64,000 bases of DNA from Candidatus Woesearchaeota archaeon (GCA_964530945.1 CAZHCJ010000001.1:2140-66139); one strand, 5' to 3'; shown: positions 48,811 to 58,612, numbered from the stretch's first letter. Notes: generated from the letters alone by a model not told the origin. Made by a program: numbers and translations.

Positions 48811-48912
48811 GGCTGTGTAGCTCAGTGTTTAGAGCGCCGCTCTCATGAATTTTTCAAATAAAGGAAAAATTGGGTCAGGCGGAGGTCGGGGGTTAAATTC
48901 CCCTCACAGCCA
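48811..48912 (+). tRNA. tRNA-CAT (elongator Met or Ile2) with 29-nt intron (48848-48876)
   Basis: Acceptor GGCTGTG/CACAGCC; BHB helix CTCA/TGGG, intron stem ATTTTTC/GAAAAAT. Confidence 0.88.
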
Positions 48913-48919
48913 TTAAGAA

Positions 48920-49276
48920 TTACCCTAGATAAATTCCTCTTTTTCCATCTCTCTCTTTCCTAGGCAAAATGTGAAAATGAACGTGTCTTATTACCTGTCC
49001 TGCAACCTTCCCGTTATTTAGAGCCATATTGAATCCTTCTGCACCATATCTCTTAATCAAAATCTCAGCTACTTCATTGACAAACATCAAATAATCTTCA
49101 GAATATTCCTCTTCTAAATCTTCTAAAGTGTCAAAATGTTTCTTAGGAATTACAAGTGTATGCCCTTCTCCTACAGGGTTTGCATCCGCAAAAGCAATAA
49201 ATTTTTCGTTTTCGTGAATTTTTTCTGAAGGAACCTCTCCACGAATAATCTTACAAAAAATACAATCTTTTTCCAT
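48920..49276 (-). CDS. HIT family hydrolase
   Basis: DCIFCKII, GHTLVIPKKH, AGQVIRHVHFHILPR. Confidence 0.95.
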   Translation of the reverse strand: MEKDCIFCKIIRGEVPSEKIHENEKFIAFADANPVGEGHTLVIPKKHFDTLEDLEEEYSEDYLMFVNEVAEILIKRYGAEGFNMALNNGKVAGQVIRHVHFHILPRKERDGKRGIYLG

Positions 49277-49340
49277 AGTGTTCAATACACTCCAAACTTT
49301 AAAAACATTAACAAATAAAATAAAATAAAATTTACTCTTC

Positions 49341-49664
49341 TTATCTTTTCTTTTTTCTCTTAGGTGCAGCTTTCTTCTTGGAGGCCTTCTTCTGAGCAGA
49401 CTTTTTCTTAGTCGTTCTTTTCTTGCTCTTCTTTGGCTTGGTTTTTTTCAAAACCTTCTTTGCGCCCTTCCTTACCTTCTTCTTAGCCTTTCTCTTAACT
49501 TTCTTTGCTTCTTTCTTAGCAACTCTCTTAGCAGACCTTACTGTCTTCCTTACATTTTTCCTAACAGTTTTTTTCGTTGCTTTCTTCTTAGGTGCCTTCT
49601 TTTTAGCGACCTTCTTTCGAACCGGCTTTTTCTTAGCAGCACGCTTTGTTTTTTTACGTGGCAT
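49341..49664 (-). CDS. Histone H1-like Lys/Arg-rich protein
   Basis: About 62 of 107 residues are K/R, one acidic residue; KKA/VRK repeats; GAGGG SD upstream. Confidence 0.7.
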   Translation of the reverse strand: MPRKKTKRAAKKKPVRKKVAKKKAPKKKATKKTVRKNVRKTVRSAKRVAKKEAKKVKRKAKKKVRKGAKKVLKKTKPKKSKKRTTKKKSAQKKASKKKAAPKRKKKR

Positions 49665-49743
49665 TTTTAACCCTCTTTTTAATTCCTTTCAGAAAGGATA
49701 AATTGTTTATAAATTTTTGGTAAAATCTTTTAATTAAGAAAAA

Positions 49744-51402
49744 TTATTTTACTTCCTTTCCTGCTTTCAGAAAACTGATTTCTCCGTCGATTAACTTAGC
49801 TAATATGTCCTTCAAATCAGAAATCTTTACGCGAATTTGTTTTGTGGTGTCCCTGTCGCGAATCGTGATATCTTTATTTTTTAATGAATCACCGTCGATA
49901 GTTATGCAGTAGGGGGTTCCAATCTCATCATTACGTGCGTAACGCCTACCTATGCTTCCTGAAATATCTTGGACAACATTAAATTCTTTTTTTAACAAAT
50001 CAAAAACCTCTCGGGAAAGTTTTTCGAACTCCTGTTTTTTGACTATTGGAAAAATTGCTGCTTTTATTGGAGAAAGTTTAGGATTTAACTTTAAAACCAC
50101 ATTATCTCTTTCTTCATCATACGTGTATGCCTTAGTCAAAGCAGCCAGAAATACTCTCTCCATTCCAAAAGTGGGCTCAATAACTCTTGGAATTACCTTC
50201 TCAGAGGTTTTATCATCGAAAATTTCCATCTTTTTTCCACTTTCTTTTTCGTGTTGTTTCAAATCAAATTGTCCCCTATTCGCGTTTCCCGCAACCTCCT
50301 TGCTACCAAAAGGATATTCGTAATCGATATCGAACGTAGCTGAACTATAATGGCTCAATTCGTCTTTTGTGTGTTCTCTAATTTTTATCTCATCCAAACC
50401 CATTTTTTTAAACCATATGATTTGCTCTGCCAACCAATACGCATGCCACTCACCTAATTTTTTCTTCTTAATCAAATTCTCCATTGAAACCTCTTTAATA
50501 ACATCTTTCCCTTTATTTTGCGTTTCTTCATCTAAAAATTTAAATTTTAAATCTAAATGTTGCTTATTCAATAAAGAACAATTCTCTTCATTAGGATTAA
50601 TAAAAAACTCAAGCTCCCCTATATGAAACTCTCTCGAACGGAATAAGAAATCTCTTGGAGCTATCTCGTTTCTAAAACATCTTCCTATTTGGGCTATCCC
50701 AAAAGGCAACTGCATACGAGAGGTTTGCTGAATCAATTTAAAATCCATAAACATTCCTTGAGCTGTTTCCCCTCTTAAATAGGCATCTTCCGCATCTGTG
50801 GCTCCTACTTTAGTTGAAAACATAAGATTGAACTTTCCTTGAGACTCATACTCTCCTCCACATTTATCACATTTAACTTTCCCAAATTCGTTCTCATCAA
50901 GCTTAGAATTCGCCCCACATTTCTTACATTTAACAAAGAGATCATTAAAATTTTCTATATGCCCAGAAGCCTTCCATGTATAGGGATGACTTATGACGCT
51001 TGCTTCCATTCCAACAATATTCTCTCTTTGCTTAACAAAAAAATCCCACCACTCTTTCTTTATGTTATTAAACATCTCTATCCCGAGTGGGCCAAAATCC
51101 CAGAACCCTGCAATGCCTCCATAAATATCACTACTTCTAAAAACAAACCCTTTTCTCTTACAAAAACTTGCAAGTTCTTCCACAGAGATTTTTTTTCTTT
51201 CTAAACTGATTTTTCTCTCTTTATCTTCAACTTTTTTATTTTTCATTTTCTTAATTATCTCCTTCGCTTTTCTCTCAGCATCATCCTTATCTTTCCCAAG
51301 ATAAGCAATTGTCTTGGTCTTAACCTTTCCATTCACACGCTTATTCTCATTAAGATAATAATATTCGTTGCCTTTGATATTTTTCTTAACAACAAAAGCC
51401 AT
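49744..51402 (-). CDS. glyS: Glycine--tRNA ligase (alpha2 type) with extra N-terminal domain
   Basis: IYGGIAGFWDFGPLG, YLRGETAQGMF, FRNEIAPR, HYSSATFD, VIEPTFG, SIGRRYARNDEIGTP. Confidence 0.96.
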   Translation of the reverse strand: MAFVVKKNIKGNEYYYLNENKRVNGKVKTKTIAYLGKDKDDAERKAKEIIKKMKNKKVEDKERKISLERKKISVEELASFCKRKGFVFRSSDIYGGIAGFWDFGPLGIEMFNNIKKEWWDFFVKQRENIVGMEASVISHPYTWKASGHIENFNDLFVKCKKCGANSKLDENEFGKVKCDKCGGEYESQGKFNLMFSTKVGATDAEDAYLRGETAQGMFMDFKLIQQTSRMQLPFGIAQIGRCFRNEIAPRDFLFRSREFHIGELEFFINPNEENCSLLNKQHLDLKFKFLDEETQNKGKDVIKEVSMENLIKKKKLGEWHAYWLAEQIIWFKKMGLDEIKIREHTKDELSHYSSATFDIDYEYPFGSKEVAGNANRGQFDLKQHEKESGKKMEIFDDKTSEKVIPRVIEPTFGMERVFLAALTKAYTYDEERDNVVLKLNPKLSPIKAAIFPIVKKQEFEKLSREVFDLLKKEFNVVQDISGSIGRRYARNDEIGTPYCITIDGDSLKNKDITIRDRDTTKQIRVKISDLKDILAKLIDGEISFLKAGKEVK

Positions 51403-51442
51403 ATTAATTAGGCACTACAAAAGTATTTAAAGTTTTTCACAA

Positions 51443-53128
51443 TTAAGCTTTGGGAAATATTCCACTATTCTTTCCACCAGTACTTCCGCTCTTAGACATT
51501 TTCTTCCTTGCTCTCCTAACCACGAATAAGACTATAATCAAAGCTAAAACTGCAATTATAAGAACTATTGCTCCACTCGTTCCACTAATCACGTCGCCAA
51601 AAGCAACAAAACCAAGCAACGGAGCTCCTCCAAGAACCACTGGTTGATCCACACTGCTTGAATATTTTTGAGAGTTTATTTCTACATGAATTGTTAAATT
51701 TCCTTCCACACTTTCATTCACTGGAACAATTGTTTCAAAATCTCTTGTTTCATTTACATCCAAAGTCACATTATCTTCAACTTCTGAAACTTTCACACTT
51801 GCATTGTCAAACAATACGAATCTCAAACCTATACTCTGATTATCCATTGATAAATCTCTAAGTCTATAATTTACACTTACTTCATCATCACGTATTTTTC
51901 TAACATCCGTCAAACTAAATTCAAAAGTTATTGGAATAACATCTAAAGTAAAATCTGTATTTTTAGAAGTTTCAGAGCAATCAACCAAAACATTAAATGT
52001 GTTTGTGCTTTCGACTGCATCTTCAGGAACACTCAATGTCATAGAGAATGTTTTTGAATCTTCCTGATTAAGATTTGCGCTTTCATCTGGGTAAGAAACC
52101 CAATTCGCATTCTCTCCTGAAACACTTAATCTGCAAGCACTCAAAGGAACATTTCCTGAATTGGATGCTGTAACGCTCAATGTTGTTTCCTGGCCCGGAT
52201 TTAATTCTTGATTAGAAATTTGTGAAAGTGTCAACTCTTTTATTGCAACTATTGCTGCAGCAGTTGTAGGTGAAGATGTTGTTGAGGTCGTTGTTTCTGA
52301 TGTCTCCTCACTTTCAGATTCTTCTTCAGCCGCTTCTTCCTCTTCTTCCTCTTCAACAGGCAAAACTACGCTAAATTCGGAAGAGTTTGAAATTAAATCT
52401 GTATGATTAACATATAGTAATACCTCGTAGTCCCCTTCTTCAGAAACTTCTAAAGTGGTATTTTCGCAATCCGCAACAGTGATATTTGTCTCTAAATTAA
52501 TATTATACCAACAAGTTGAATTCTCAACATTGGTAAAAAAGTTTAAAGGAATCTCCGTTAAAGAATCTTTTTCTCCGCTAGGCTCATAAATCAGAACGAA
52601 ACTAGCTTCCCCACTCTCGTTCCCTTCTTCTTGAGTCTCATTTGTCTCGTTGCTCTCTTCCACACTTGGAATTAAATATCCTATTGACACAGAGCTCAAA
52701 TAAGCAGTTTCATTCCCTCCCTGAGAAAACATTGCTTTATATTGGAAATATCTTGAACTTAAATTCAAATCACTTAAATCTTCTGAAGAAAAACTTGCAT
52801 TGTCGCACGATTCTAAATCACAAGCCTGGACCTCGAATGTTAAACCCTCTCCGACATATGTCACATTGTCCCACATAGTATTCTCATTGCCTGAATCAAA
52901 AACTCCTGAAGTATAAGTGCCTTGGGTTTGGTTCTCATCTAAAACAACTCTACTTAAATTAGCATCGAAAACAGTTTTATTATAAGTTCCCAAATCAAAA
53001 TCATCTTGACCCCCTTGGTCAAAAACAGCAAACCCTGTTCCAGAAAAATTAGGCTGATAAAATGCGAATAAGAAAACGACCCCTAACAAAAGTATCGCGA
53101 TAAGATACATCTCTACCTCTTTTTTCAT
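51443..53128 (-). CDS. Acidic cell-surface glycoprotein-like protein with Ig/CARDB-like domains
   Basis: N-terminal hydrophobic segment with TGFAV, many N-x-S/T sequons, E/S/T linker, C-terminal TM. Confidence 0.75.
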   Translation of the reverse strand: MKKEVEMYLIAILLLGVVFLFAFYQPNFSGTGFAVFDQGGQDDFDLGTYNKTVFDANLSRVVLDENQTQGTYTSGVFDSGNENTMWDNVTYVGEGLTFEVQACDLESCDNASFSSEDLSDLNLSSRYFQYKAMFSQGGNETAYLSSVSIGYLIPSVEESNETNETQEEGNESGEASFVLIYEPSGEKDSLTEIPLNFFTNVENSTCWYNINLETNITVADCENTTLEVSEEGDYEVLLYVNHTDLISNSSEFSVVLPVEEEEEEEAAEEESESEETSETTTSTTSSPTTAAAIVAIKELTLSQISNQELNPGQETTLSVTASNSGNVPLSACRLSVSGENANWVSYPDESANLNQEDSKTFSMTLSVPEDAVESTNTFNVLVDCSETSKNTDFTLDVIPITFEFSLTDVRKIRDDEVSVNYRLRDLSMDNQSIGLRFVLFDNASVKVSEVEDNVTLDVNETRDFETIVPVNESVEGNLTIHVEINSQKYSSSVDQPVVLGGAPLLGFVAFGDVISGTSGAIVLIIAVLALIIVLFVVRRARKKMSKSGSTGGKNSGIFPKA

Positions 53129-53181
53129 ATCTTAACAATGATTTTTTCCTTTAAAAAGTTTTTCAAGATTCAAAACAACTT

Positions 53182-53607
53182 TTATTGGCCCAAAATCTTA
53201 ACTAAAATTCGCTTTTTCCTTTGACCATCAAACTCCCCATAGAAGATAGCTTCCCAAGTTCCAAGTTCTAAATCTCCTTCGGAAACAGAAACAATTGTCT
53301 CACGACCCATAATTGTTCTCCAAAGATGGGCGTATGCATTGTCTTCGCCAGTTAAATTATGCTTATACTTTTCCAAATCATCAAGATTCATCGGAGCTAA
53401 ACGCTCCAACCACTCTCTAAAATCATACAACAAACCACGTTCATTATCATTAATGAAAACGCTAGCAGTGATATGCATTGGATTAATTAAAACTATACCT
53501 TCCCTAATCTCAGATTCTTTAACAACTTCCCGAACTTTCTCAGTTAGGTTCACAAAATCAATTCTTTTCTCAGTATTGATAACTAAATGCTTTTTGTAGA
53601 TTTTCAT
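53182..53607 (-). CDS. YjbQ/UPF0047 family protein
   Basis: [40 protein letters not shown]. Confidence 0.92.
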   Translation of the reverse strand: MKIYKKHLVINTEKRIDFVNLTEKVREVVKESEIREGIVLINPMHITASVFINDNERGLLYDFREWLERLAPMNLDDLEKYKHNLTGEDNAYAHLWRTIMGRETIVSVSEGDLELGTWEAIFYGEFDGQRKKRILVKILGQ

Positions 53608-53657
53608 AAGACAAACAAAAAGGAAAACTATATAAAACATTTCCTTTAACACACGTT

Positions 53658-53903
53658 ATGGTTTGGAAAACATATCTAGTAATGTACTTCAATGCAGGCA
53701 AGGCTAAAGCTTCTGAAGTTGTTGATAAAGTCGAATCTGTTGGCTTCAAAACAAACTTCGGCCCAGTTGATTTTGATTACGCTTGGGAAGAAAAACCGAG
53801 TAAAAAAGAAGTTCTTGAACTTGCAGACAAACTTACAGAAGCTTTAGAAAACACAGGAGTATTATTTAATATAGACACTCACGAAGTTCCAGAAAAAAAA
53901 TAG
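53658..53903 (+). CDS. Hypothetical protein
   Basis: 81-aa ORF with ATG start and TATAAA upstream. Confidence 0.7.
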   Translation: MVWKTYLVMYFNAGKAKASEVVDKVESVGFKTNFGPVDFDYAWEEKPSKKEVLELADKLTEALENTGVLFNIDTHEVPEKK

Positions 53904-53904
53904 T

Positions 53905-55134
53905 TTATTTTTTTATAAGTTTATTGTGAGAATTTAAAATTACTTTAAGATAATCTTTCTTAGGAATTATTATACTTGCAACAATACTCTCATTTATCCA
54001 AGACGCATTACTTAAAGGACTGCAGATTTCCAAAACAACATCTTCAAAAAGACGTATTTTAGTTCTATCAAGATTCCCTATAATCAAAATCAAAGAACAC
54101 TCTTTACAAACTATCGTATGATTTCTTAATTCTTCTTTAATAAACTTCACCTTATCTAAACCCGTGTTCAGAACAAAAGCAACACTATTTCTCGTGTCAA
54201 GACTAATCTCTTTATTGACACCATACTTATCCAAAAGGTCGATTATTTCTTTTTCTGCTCCGGGCTGGTCCCTTATTTCTCTCACCTCAAAGAATAAACA
54301 ATTCTCAATGCCTGCAATAAGTTCAATATTCTCGCTTGAAAAATCATGGGTTACCTTAGTCTTTATCTTTGGCTCGTCAATATATTGAATACACAAAGGA
54401 ATTTTCTTTTCTTTTACATATCTTATTGACTCCAATTGAATATTTCCTGCTTCCATCGCCATGTCATAACTTAAATCAGAGATTGTCCTTGCATCTTTTA
54501 CGATTGAAGGGTCGGCTGTTTGAACACCCCTCGTGTTTTTTATTAGATGGACTGCATCTGCATCAAGGCAGTATGCTAAAAAGGTAGCTGTTTGGTCTGA
54601 ACCAGATCTATTCAAAACCCCTACCTTCCCTTCTGAAACTCCCTCGAACCCTGTAACAATAGGCAATGAATCTTTTGAAAAGATTTTTTCAATCTTATCC
54701 CTAACAAAATTACTACAACTCTTGTCTATATAATCTTCCTTTACCAAAATTCCTAAACTATATCCTGTTATGGATTCAATTTTAATCCCTCTTGAAATAA
54801 AAAATTCTTTTATGACCTCCACCATTAATCTCTCCCCTAAAGAAACAATTACATTGTGCTCATTGCTCCCCAAATCTCTTAATTTTTCTTTTAAATTTTC
54901 TTCGATTTTATTCAAATCCAATCCAAGTCCTTCAGATATTCTTAAATGTATTTTCAATAAATTGTTATATAAATCCTCTTCTTCTAAATTTATAAGTAAA
55001 TCAGTGACCCCTCTCGCTGCAGAAACAACTAAAACCTTCCTCTCTTCGTGATCTTTTTCCCAAATAGAGAAGAAAGATTTTATTTTCTCAAGATTACAGG
55101 TTATATCTCCACCTATCTTATAAATTTTTGACAT
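53905..55134 (-). CDS. Divergent aspartokinase-like amino-acid kinase
   Basis: KIGG, VVSA..GVTDLL, SLGERL, PIVTGF, RSGSDQTA, TADP..V..A; ACT-like C-terminus. Confidence 0.8.
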   Translation of the reverse strand: MSKIYKIGGDITCNLEKIKSFFSIWEKDHEERKVLVVSAARGVTDLLINLEEEDLYNNLLKIHLRISEGLGLDLNKIEENLKEKLRDLGSNEHNVIVSLGERLMVEVIKEFFISRGIKIESITGYSLGILVKEDYIDKSCSNFVRDKIEKIFSKDSLPIVTGFEGVSEGKVGVLNRSGSDQTATFLAYCLDADAVHLIKNTRGVQTADPSIVKDARTISDLSYDMAMEAGNIQLESIRYVKEKKIPLCIQYIDEPKIKTKVTHDFSSENIELIAGIENCLFFEVREIRDQPGAEKEIIDLLDKYGVNKEISLDTRNSVAFVLNTGLDKVKFIKEELRNHTIVCKECSLILIIGNLDRTKIRLFEDVVLEICSPLSNASWINESIVASIIIPKKDYLKVILNSHNKLIKK

Positions 55135-55180
55135 TCTTCATTGAACAATAATTGATTTAAAAATCCTTTTTCTAAACAAT

Positions 55181-55408
55181 TCATCCTAAAATTAACCATA
55201 TCACAAACAAGGTTGCAAATATGGCCAACCATATCCAAAACATTCCTTTGCTTGAGAAGAAACCAAATGGGATTGGGCCTATGAATCCTCCAATTGCCAA
55301 ATTTGTCTTGGTATTACTAGATTGGATTGTTAGAATAGATCCTATTACAACAATAAGTATTCCTATAAAAATAAGCAATGTTCCAGTTAAAATTATTTTC
55401 TCGGACAT
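55181..55408 (-). CDS. DUF131-like small membrane protein
   Basis: GGFIGPIPFGF between two TM helices. Confidence 0.75.
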   Translation of the reverse strand: MSEKIILTGTLLIFIGILIVVIGSILTIQSSNTKTNLAIGGFIGPIPFGFFSSKGMFWIWLAIFATLFVIWLILG

Positions 55409-55418
55409 TTTGAAGAGT

Positions 55419-55988
55419 TTAAATAAAATTTAATATCTCTGGAATATCTTTAACTCCTCCATCGGGATTGAAATGAGCCCTCTTTTCTAAGACAAGTATT
55501 TTTGCATTCAATTTATTTTTGAATATTTCTTTGTCAGATAAAGGCACGTAAGGGTCATTATCAGAAAACATGCAAACAAAACTCTCACAATGAGATTTTA
55601 CCTTGTCAAAATCTAAAGGGGTTTCCAACCAAGGTCTTGCAATTTCCATTGCTTCTTCTCCCTCTTCTAAGATTGCTTCTTTATTAAGATTCATCCACGG
55701 GGCAATAAGTATGCATTTCTTAACTTTAACATTCTCTCCACATTTTTCCAAAAACCTTAATATTGTTTGGCAACCCACGCTATGCCCAATTAAAACACTT
55801 TCCTCAGTCAAATCTTTTGAAAATTCATTTATTTCTTCCACCCAAGAATTTATCTCTGGTTCCTCGGGATTAGGCATTTCTGGAACAAAAACTCTGTATT
55901 CTCTTTCTTCCAATTTTGATTTTATCCACAGATGTATCGGCTCTTGAGGTGAACCTTCCCATCCGTGAACGATTATTGCTGTCTTCAT
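55419..55988 (-). CDS. RBBP9/YdeN family alpha/beta hydrolase
   Basis: IVHGW, MPNPEEP, GHSVG, SDNDPYVP, AHF. Confidence 0.9.
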   Translation of the reverse strand: MKTAIIVHGWEGSPQEPIHLWIKSKLEEREYRVFVPEMPNPEEPEINSWVEEINEFSKDLTEESVLIGHSVGCQTILRFLEKCGENVKVKKCILIAPWMNLNKEAILEEGEEAMEIARPWLETPLDFDKVKSHCESFVCMFSDNDPYVPLSDKEIFKNKLNAKILVLEKRAHFNPDGGVKDIPEILNFI

Positions 55989-56002
55989 TTTCAAAAGTTT
56001 AA

Positions 56003-56075
56003 AGCAGAGGGTGGGATTCGAACCCACGAATATTCGGGCTGCAACCGAACGCGTTAACCACTTCGCCACCCCTGC
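56003..56075 (-). tRNA. tRNA-Cys (GCA)
   Basis: Acceptor GCAGGGG/CTCTGC, anticodon arm TTCGG-TTGCAGC-CCGAA, U73 discriminator. Confidence 0.95.
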
Positions 56076-56127
56076 ACAAATCTATAATTGACAGATATTT
56101 TTTAAATCTATTCATGTTCAAAAACAC

Positions 56128-56535
56128 ATGAACACTACAAACTTAATCGTCTTGCCTTTAACTGGGATGGTTATAGGATATCTTACTAATTGGATTGCAA
56201 TAAAGCTTCTTTTTTGGCCCCGCAAAAAAACATTTGGGTTTCAAGGCGTTGTGCCAAAACGTAAAGAAAAAATCGCAGAAACTATCGCAGAAAATTCATT
56301 GAAGTTCCTTCCAAAAAAGATTGACACGTTGGTAAAAGTCCCCTACATAGGCAAAAAAATTACAAACAGTATCAAAAAAGAGATTGCAAAAAAAGTCCAC
56401 CAAATGGACGATTCCGAATTGCAAAAGATAATTGAGAACACTTCAAAGAAGGAGCTCCGATTTATCACTTTCTCTGGTGCGGTCTTAGGTTTTATAATAG
56501 GCATTATACAATTTCTAATTTTAGAATTGATTTAA
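56128..56535 (+). CDS. DUF445-like membrane protein, short form
   Basis: IGYLTNWIAIKLLFWP, QGVVPKRK, KELRFI..GAVLGFIIG. Confidence 0.85.
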   Translation: MNTTNLIVLPLTGMVIGYLTNWIAIKLLFWPRKKTFGFQGVVPKRKEKIAETIAENSLKFLPKKIDTLVKVPYIGKKITNSIKKEIAKKVHQMDDSELQKIIENTSKKELRFITFSGAVLGFIIGIIQFLILELI

Positions 56536-56537
56536 AA

Positions 56538-56659
56538 CGGACCCGGCAGGATTTGAACCTGCGACTTCTTGCTTACTTCGGAAAGTCACGCCTTTCTGAA
56601 GGTCGGAAAAACATTTTCCGTAGAAGGCAAGCGCTCTATCCAGGCTGAGCTACGGGTCC
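56538..56659 (-). tRNA. tRNA-Arg (TCT) with 47-nt intron (56574-56620)
   Basis: Acceptor GGACCCG/CGGGTCC, stem CTTGC/GCAAG, BHB helix CTTC/GAAG. Confidence 0.93.
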
Positions 56660-56710
56660 TTACAAAATAAAAGAAATATTTGTATTTAAAATTGTTTGTT
56701 TTTTCAGAAA

Positions 56711-57382
56711 TCACTTTATCTTCTTTTTAAGAAATTTATCATAAAGCAAGAAAAAGAAAGGCACTCCCATATTAAACTCAATCAATGAGTTCTCTAACAA
56801 TACAATAAAATCTCCTGGACGTATTCCATTCAGCAATAAAGAAAACTCCATCATGAAATGGACTAAAAATCCTACCAAAAACAAGTACAATATCTTTTTC
56901 CAATCATATTTCAAAAATAAAAGTAAAGAAAATCCTACAACAACTATGCCTACTCTTAAAAGTCTAAAATCAGACATGTGCCTAACCAGAGTTATTGTGG
57001 AATCATTTAATGGAATGAATTGAGAAAGAAATCCTACCAAAACCCATCCTAAAAAAACCAATGCAGTCCAACCCCATTTTTTTGATTTTTTCTCAAACAT
57101 CAAAAACACATATGCATACTCTACCCCATAAGATAATGAAAACCAGAGAAAAAACAAAACAACGCTTCCAGTAAAACTAAAGGGTAAACTAATCTCTCTG
57201 ATTCCAGTATGTAACCAAATTCCCCAATCAACTAAAAAGTTTATAAAAATACCTCCTAAAAAGAAAACCAAAAGAGGGATTTTCTTTTTGTACCTAAACA
57301 GCAAAAACAAGAAAACCGCAAGAAAAATAATATCGAAAAAGATGTAGTCAACCCCAAAATTTCTTATTACATCATAAACCAT
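56711..57382 (-). CDS. Multi-pass membrane protein
   Basis: About seven hydrophobic segments. Confidence 0.7.
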   Translation of the reverse strand: MVYDVIRNFGVDYIFFDIIFLAVFLFLLFRYKKKIPLLVFFLGGIFINFLVDWGIWLHTGIREISLPFSFTGSVVLFFLWFSLSYGVEYAYVFLMFEKKSKKWGWTALVFLGWVLVGFLSQFIPLNDSTITLVRHMSDFRLLRVGIVVVGFSLLLFLKYDWKKILYLFLVGFLVHFMMEFSLLLNGIRPGDFIVLLENSLIEFNMGVPFFFLLYDKFLKKKIK

Positions 57383-57384
57383 TT

Positions 57385-58293
57385 TCACACTTCAATCTTC
57401 TCCAAGTCTTTAGGCAGCTCAACGCTTTTGAAGATTTTCTTAGCTTCTTGAAAAACGCTTTTTGAATCTTTCCTATACCTATCACTCAAGTGCACAAGAT
57501 AAAGTTTCTTTACTTTAGCTTTCTTTGCTATCTTTGCTGCTTGCTCAGATGTTAGGTGCTTGTAAGCTTTAGCCAAATCATTAAAATTTGAATCAAACGT
57601 AGACTCACAAATCAACACATCGGCATTTTTTACAAATTTTGCAATTCGCTTATTTTCCAAAGTATCTAAAACAAAAGAAATCTTTTTTCCAGACTCAACA
57701 AAGGTCAAATCTTTTGCCTTGTATTTCTTTCCTTCATATTTAATGTCCTTTCCTTCTTTCAATTCTTGCAAATGTTTCCCAGGTTTGATTTTATATTTAT
57801 TAAGTTTCTTTTTATCAATTTTGAGATTATCTTTAAGAACAAAATTATAAGCATTGCAAGGCTGAACGTGAACCATTTTCTCGGCCTCCAAATAAAAATC
57901 TTCGCTATCAAAAAACTTTCCAGGATTTGAAATCTCCTCGACTTTAATTTTAAATTCTTCAATTTCTCCAAATGCCTTAAACATCTCTTTCATATGTTTC
58001 TTAAATCCATAAGGTCCATAAATCTCCAATGTTTTTCCATATCCCGAAGTCGAAAGCGTTCTTAAAAGCCCGGGAAGTCCAAACGTATGGTCTCCGTGCC
58101 AGTGTGTAATCAAGATTTTAGTGATTTTGCAAGGATTTAGCTTTGCCTTGCGTAGCTGTGTCTGCGTCCCTTCTCCACAATCAATCAAAATGTTTTCTCC
58201 TTTATAACGCAAAAGAAAACCAGGATGGTTTCTTTTAGGTGTAGGCACCATGCTGCCTGTTCCAAGAAACGTCAAATGTATTTTTTCTGGCAT
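57385..58293 (-). CDS. rnz: Ribonuclease Z
   Basis: FLGTG, DCGEGTQ, THWHGDH..GLPG, CESTF, HLT, HLSDRY. Confidence 0.95.
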   Translation of the reverse strand: MPEKIHLTFLGTGSMVPTPKRNHPGFLLRYKGENILIDCGEGTQTQLRKAKLNPCKITKILITHWHGDHTFGLPGLLRTLSTSGYGKTLEIYGPYGFKKHMKEMFKAFGEIEEFKIKVEEISNPGKFFDSEDFYLEAEKMVHVQPCNAYNFVLKDNLKIDKKKLNKYKIKPGKHLQELKEGKDIKYEGKKYKAKDLTFVESGKKISFVLDTLENKRIAKFVKNADVLICESTFDSNFNDLAKAYKHLTSEQAAKIAKKAKVKKLYLVHLSDRYRKDSKSVFQEAKKIFKSVELPKDLEKIEV

Positions 58294-58360
58294 TTTAATA
58301 AGTCTTAAAACAACTAAGAAAATATTGTTTAAAAGATTACCCTAACCCCTAAAAATAAAC

Positions 58361-58612
58361 TCACTCTTTCTTCAAAGCTGTTGAAGCCGGAGAAATAAAG
58401 ATTATTGTATCTCCTCTCAAAAATGTCAATCCAAGATTTCTTTTAATCTCGCCATTGTCCATCTCTTTGATGTTATCTAAGACAAGATTTATGTGAATGT
58501 CGAAAGCTAAAAGCGTTCCAACAAACTGCTTGTCTCCTTTCAAATGCACAAGAACTTCCTTCCCTTTAGACTGATTCAAAAGATCAAGAGGTCTTTCAAT
58601 TCCTTTCGCCAT
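58361..58612 (-). CDS. Sm-like archaeal protein (SmAP/Lsm)
   Basis: RPLDLL, GTLLAFDIHINLVL, LRGDTIIFISP. Confidence 0.94.
   Translation of the reverse strand: MAKGIERPLDLLNQSKGKEVLVHLKGDKQFVGTLLAFDIHINLVLDNIKEMDNGEIKRNLGLTFLRGDTIIFISPASTALKKE

Noticed and set aside
55989..56069. N-terminal extension of the hydrolase ORF given in the track
   Set aside because: It is the tRNA-Cys sequence read as codons.
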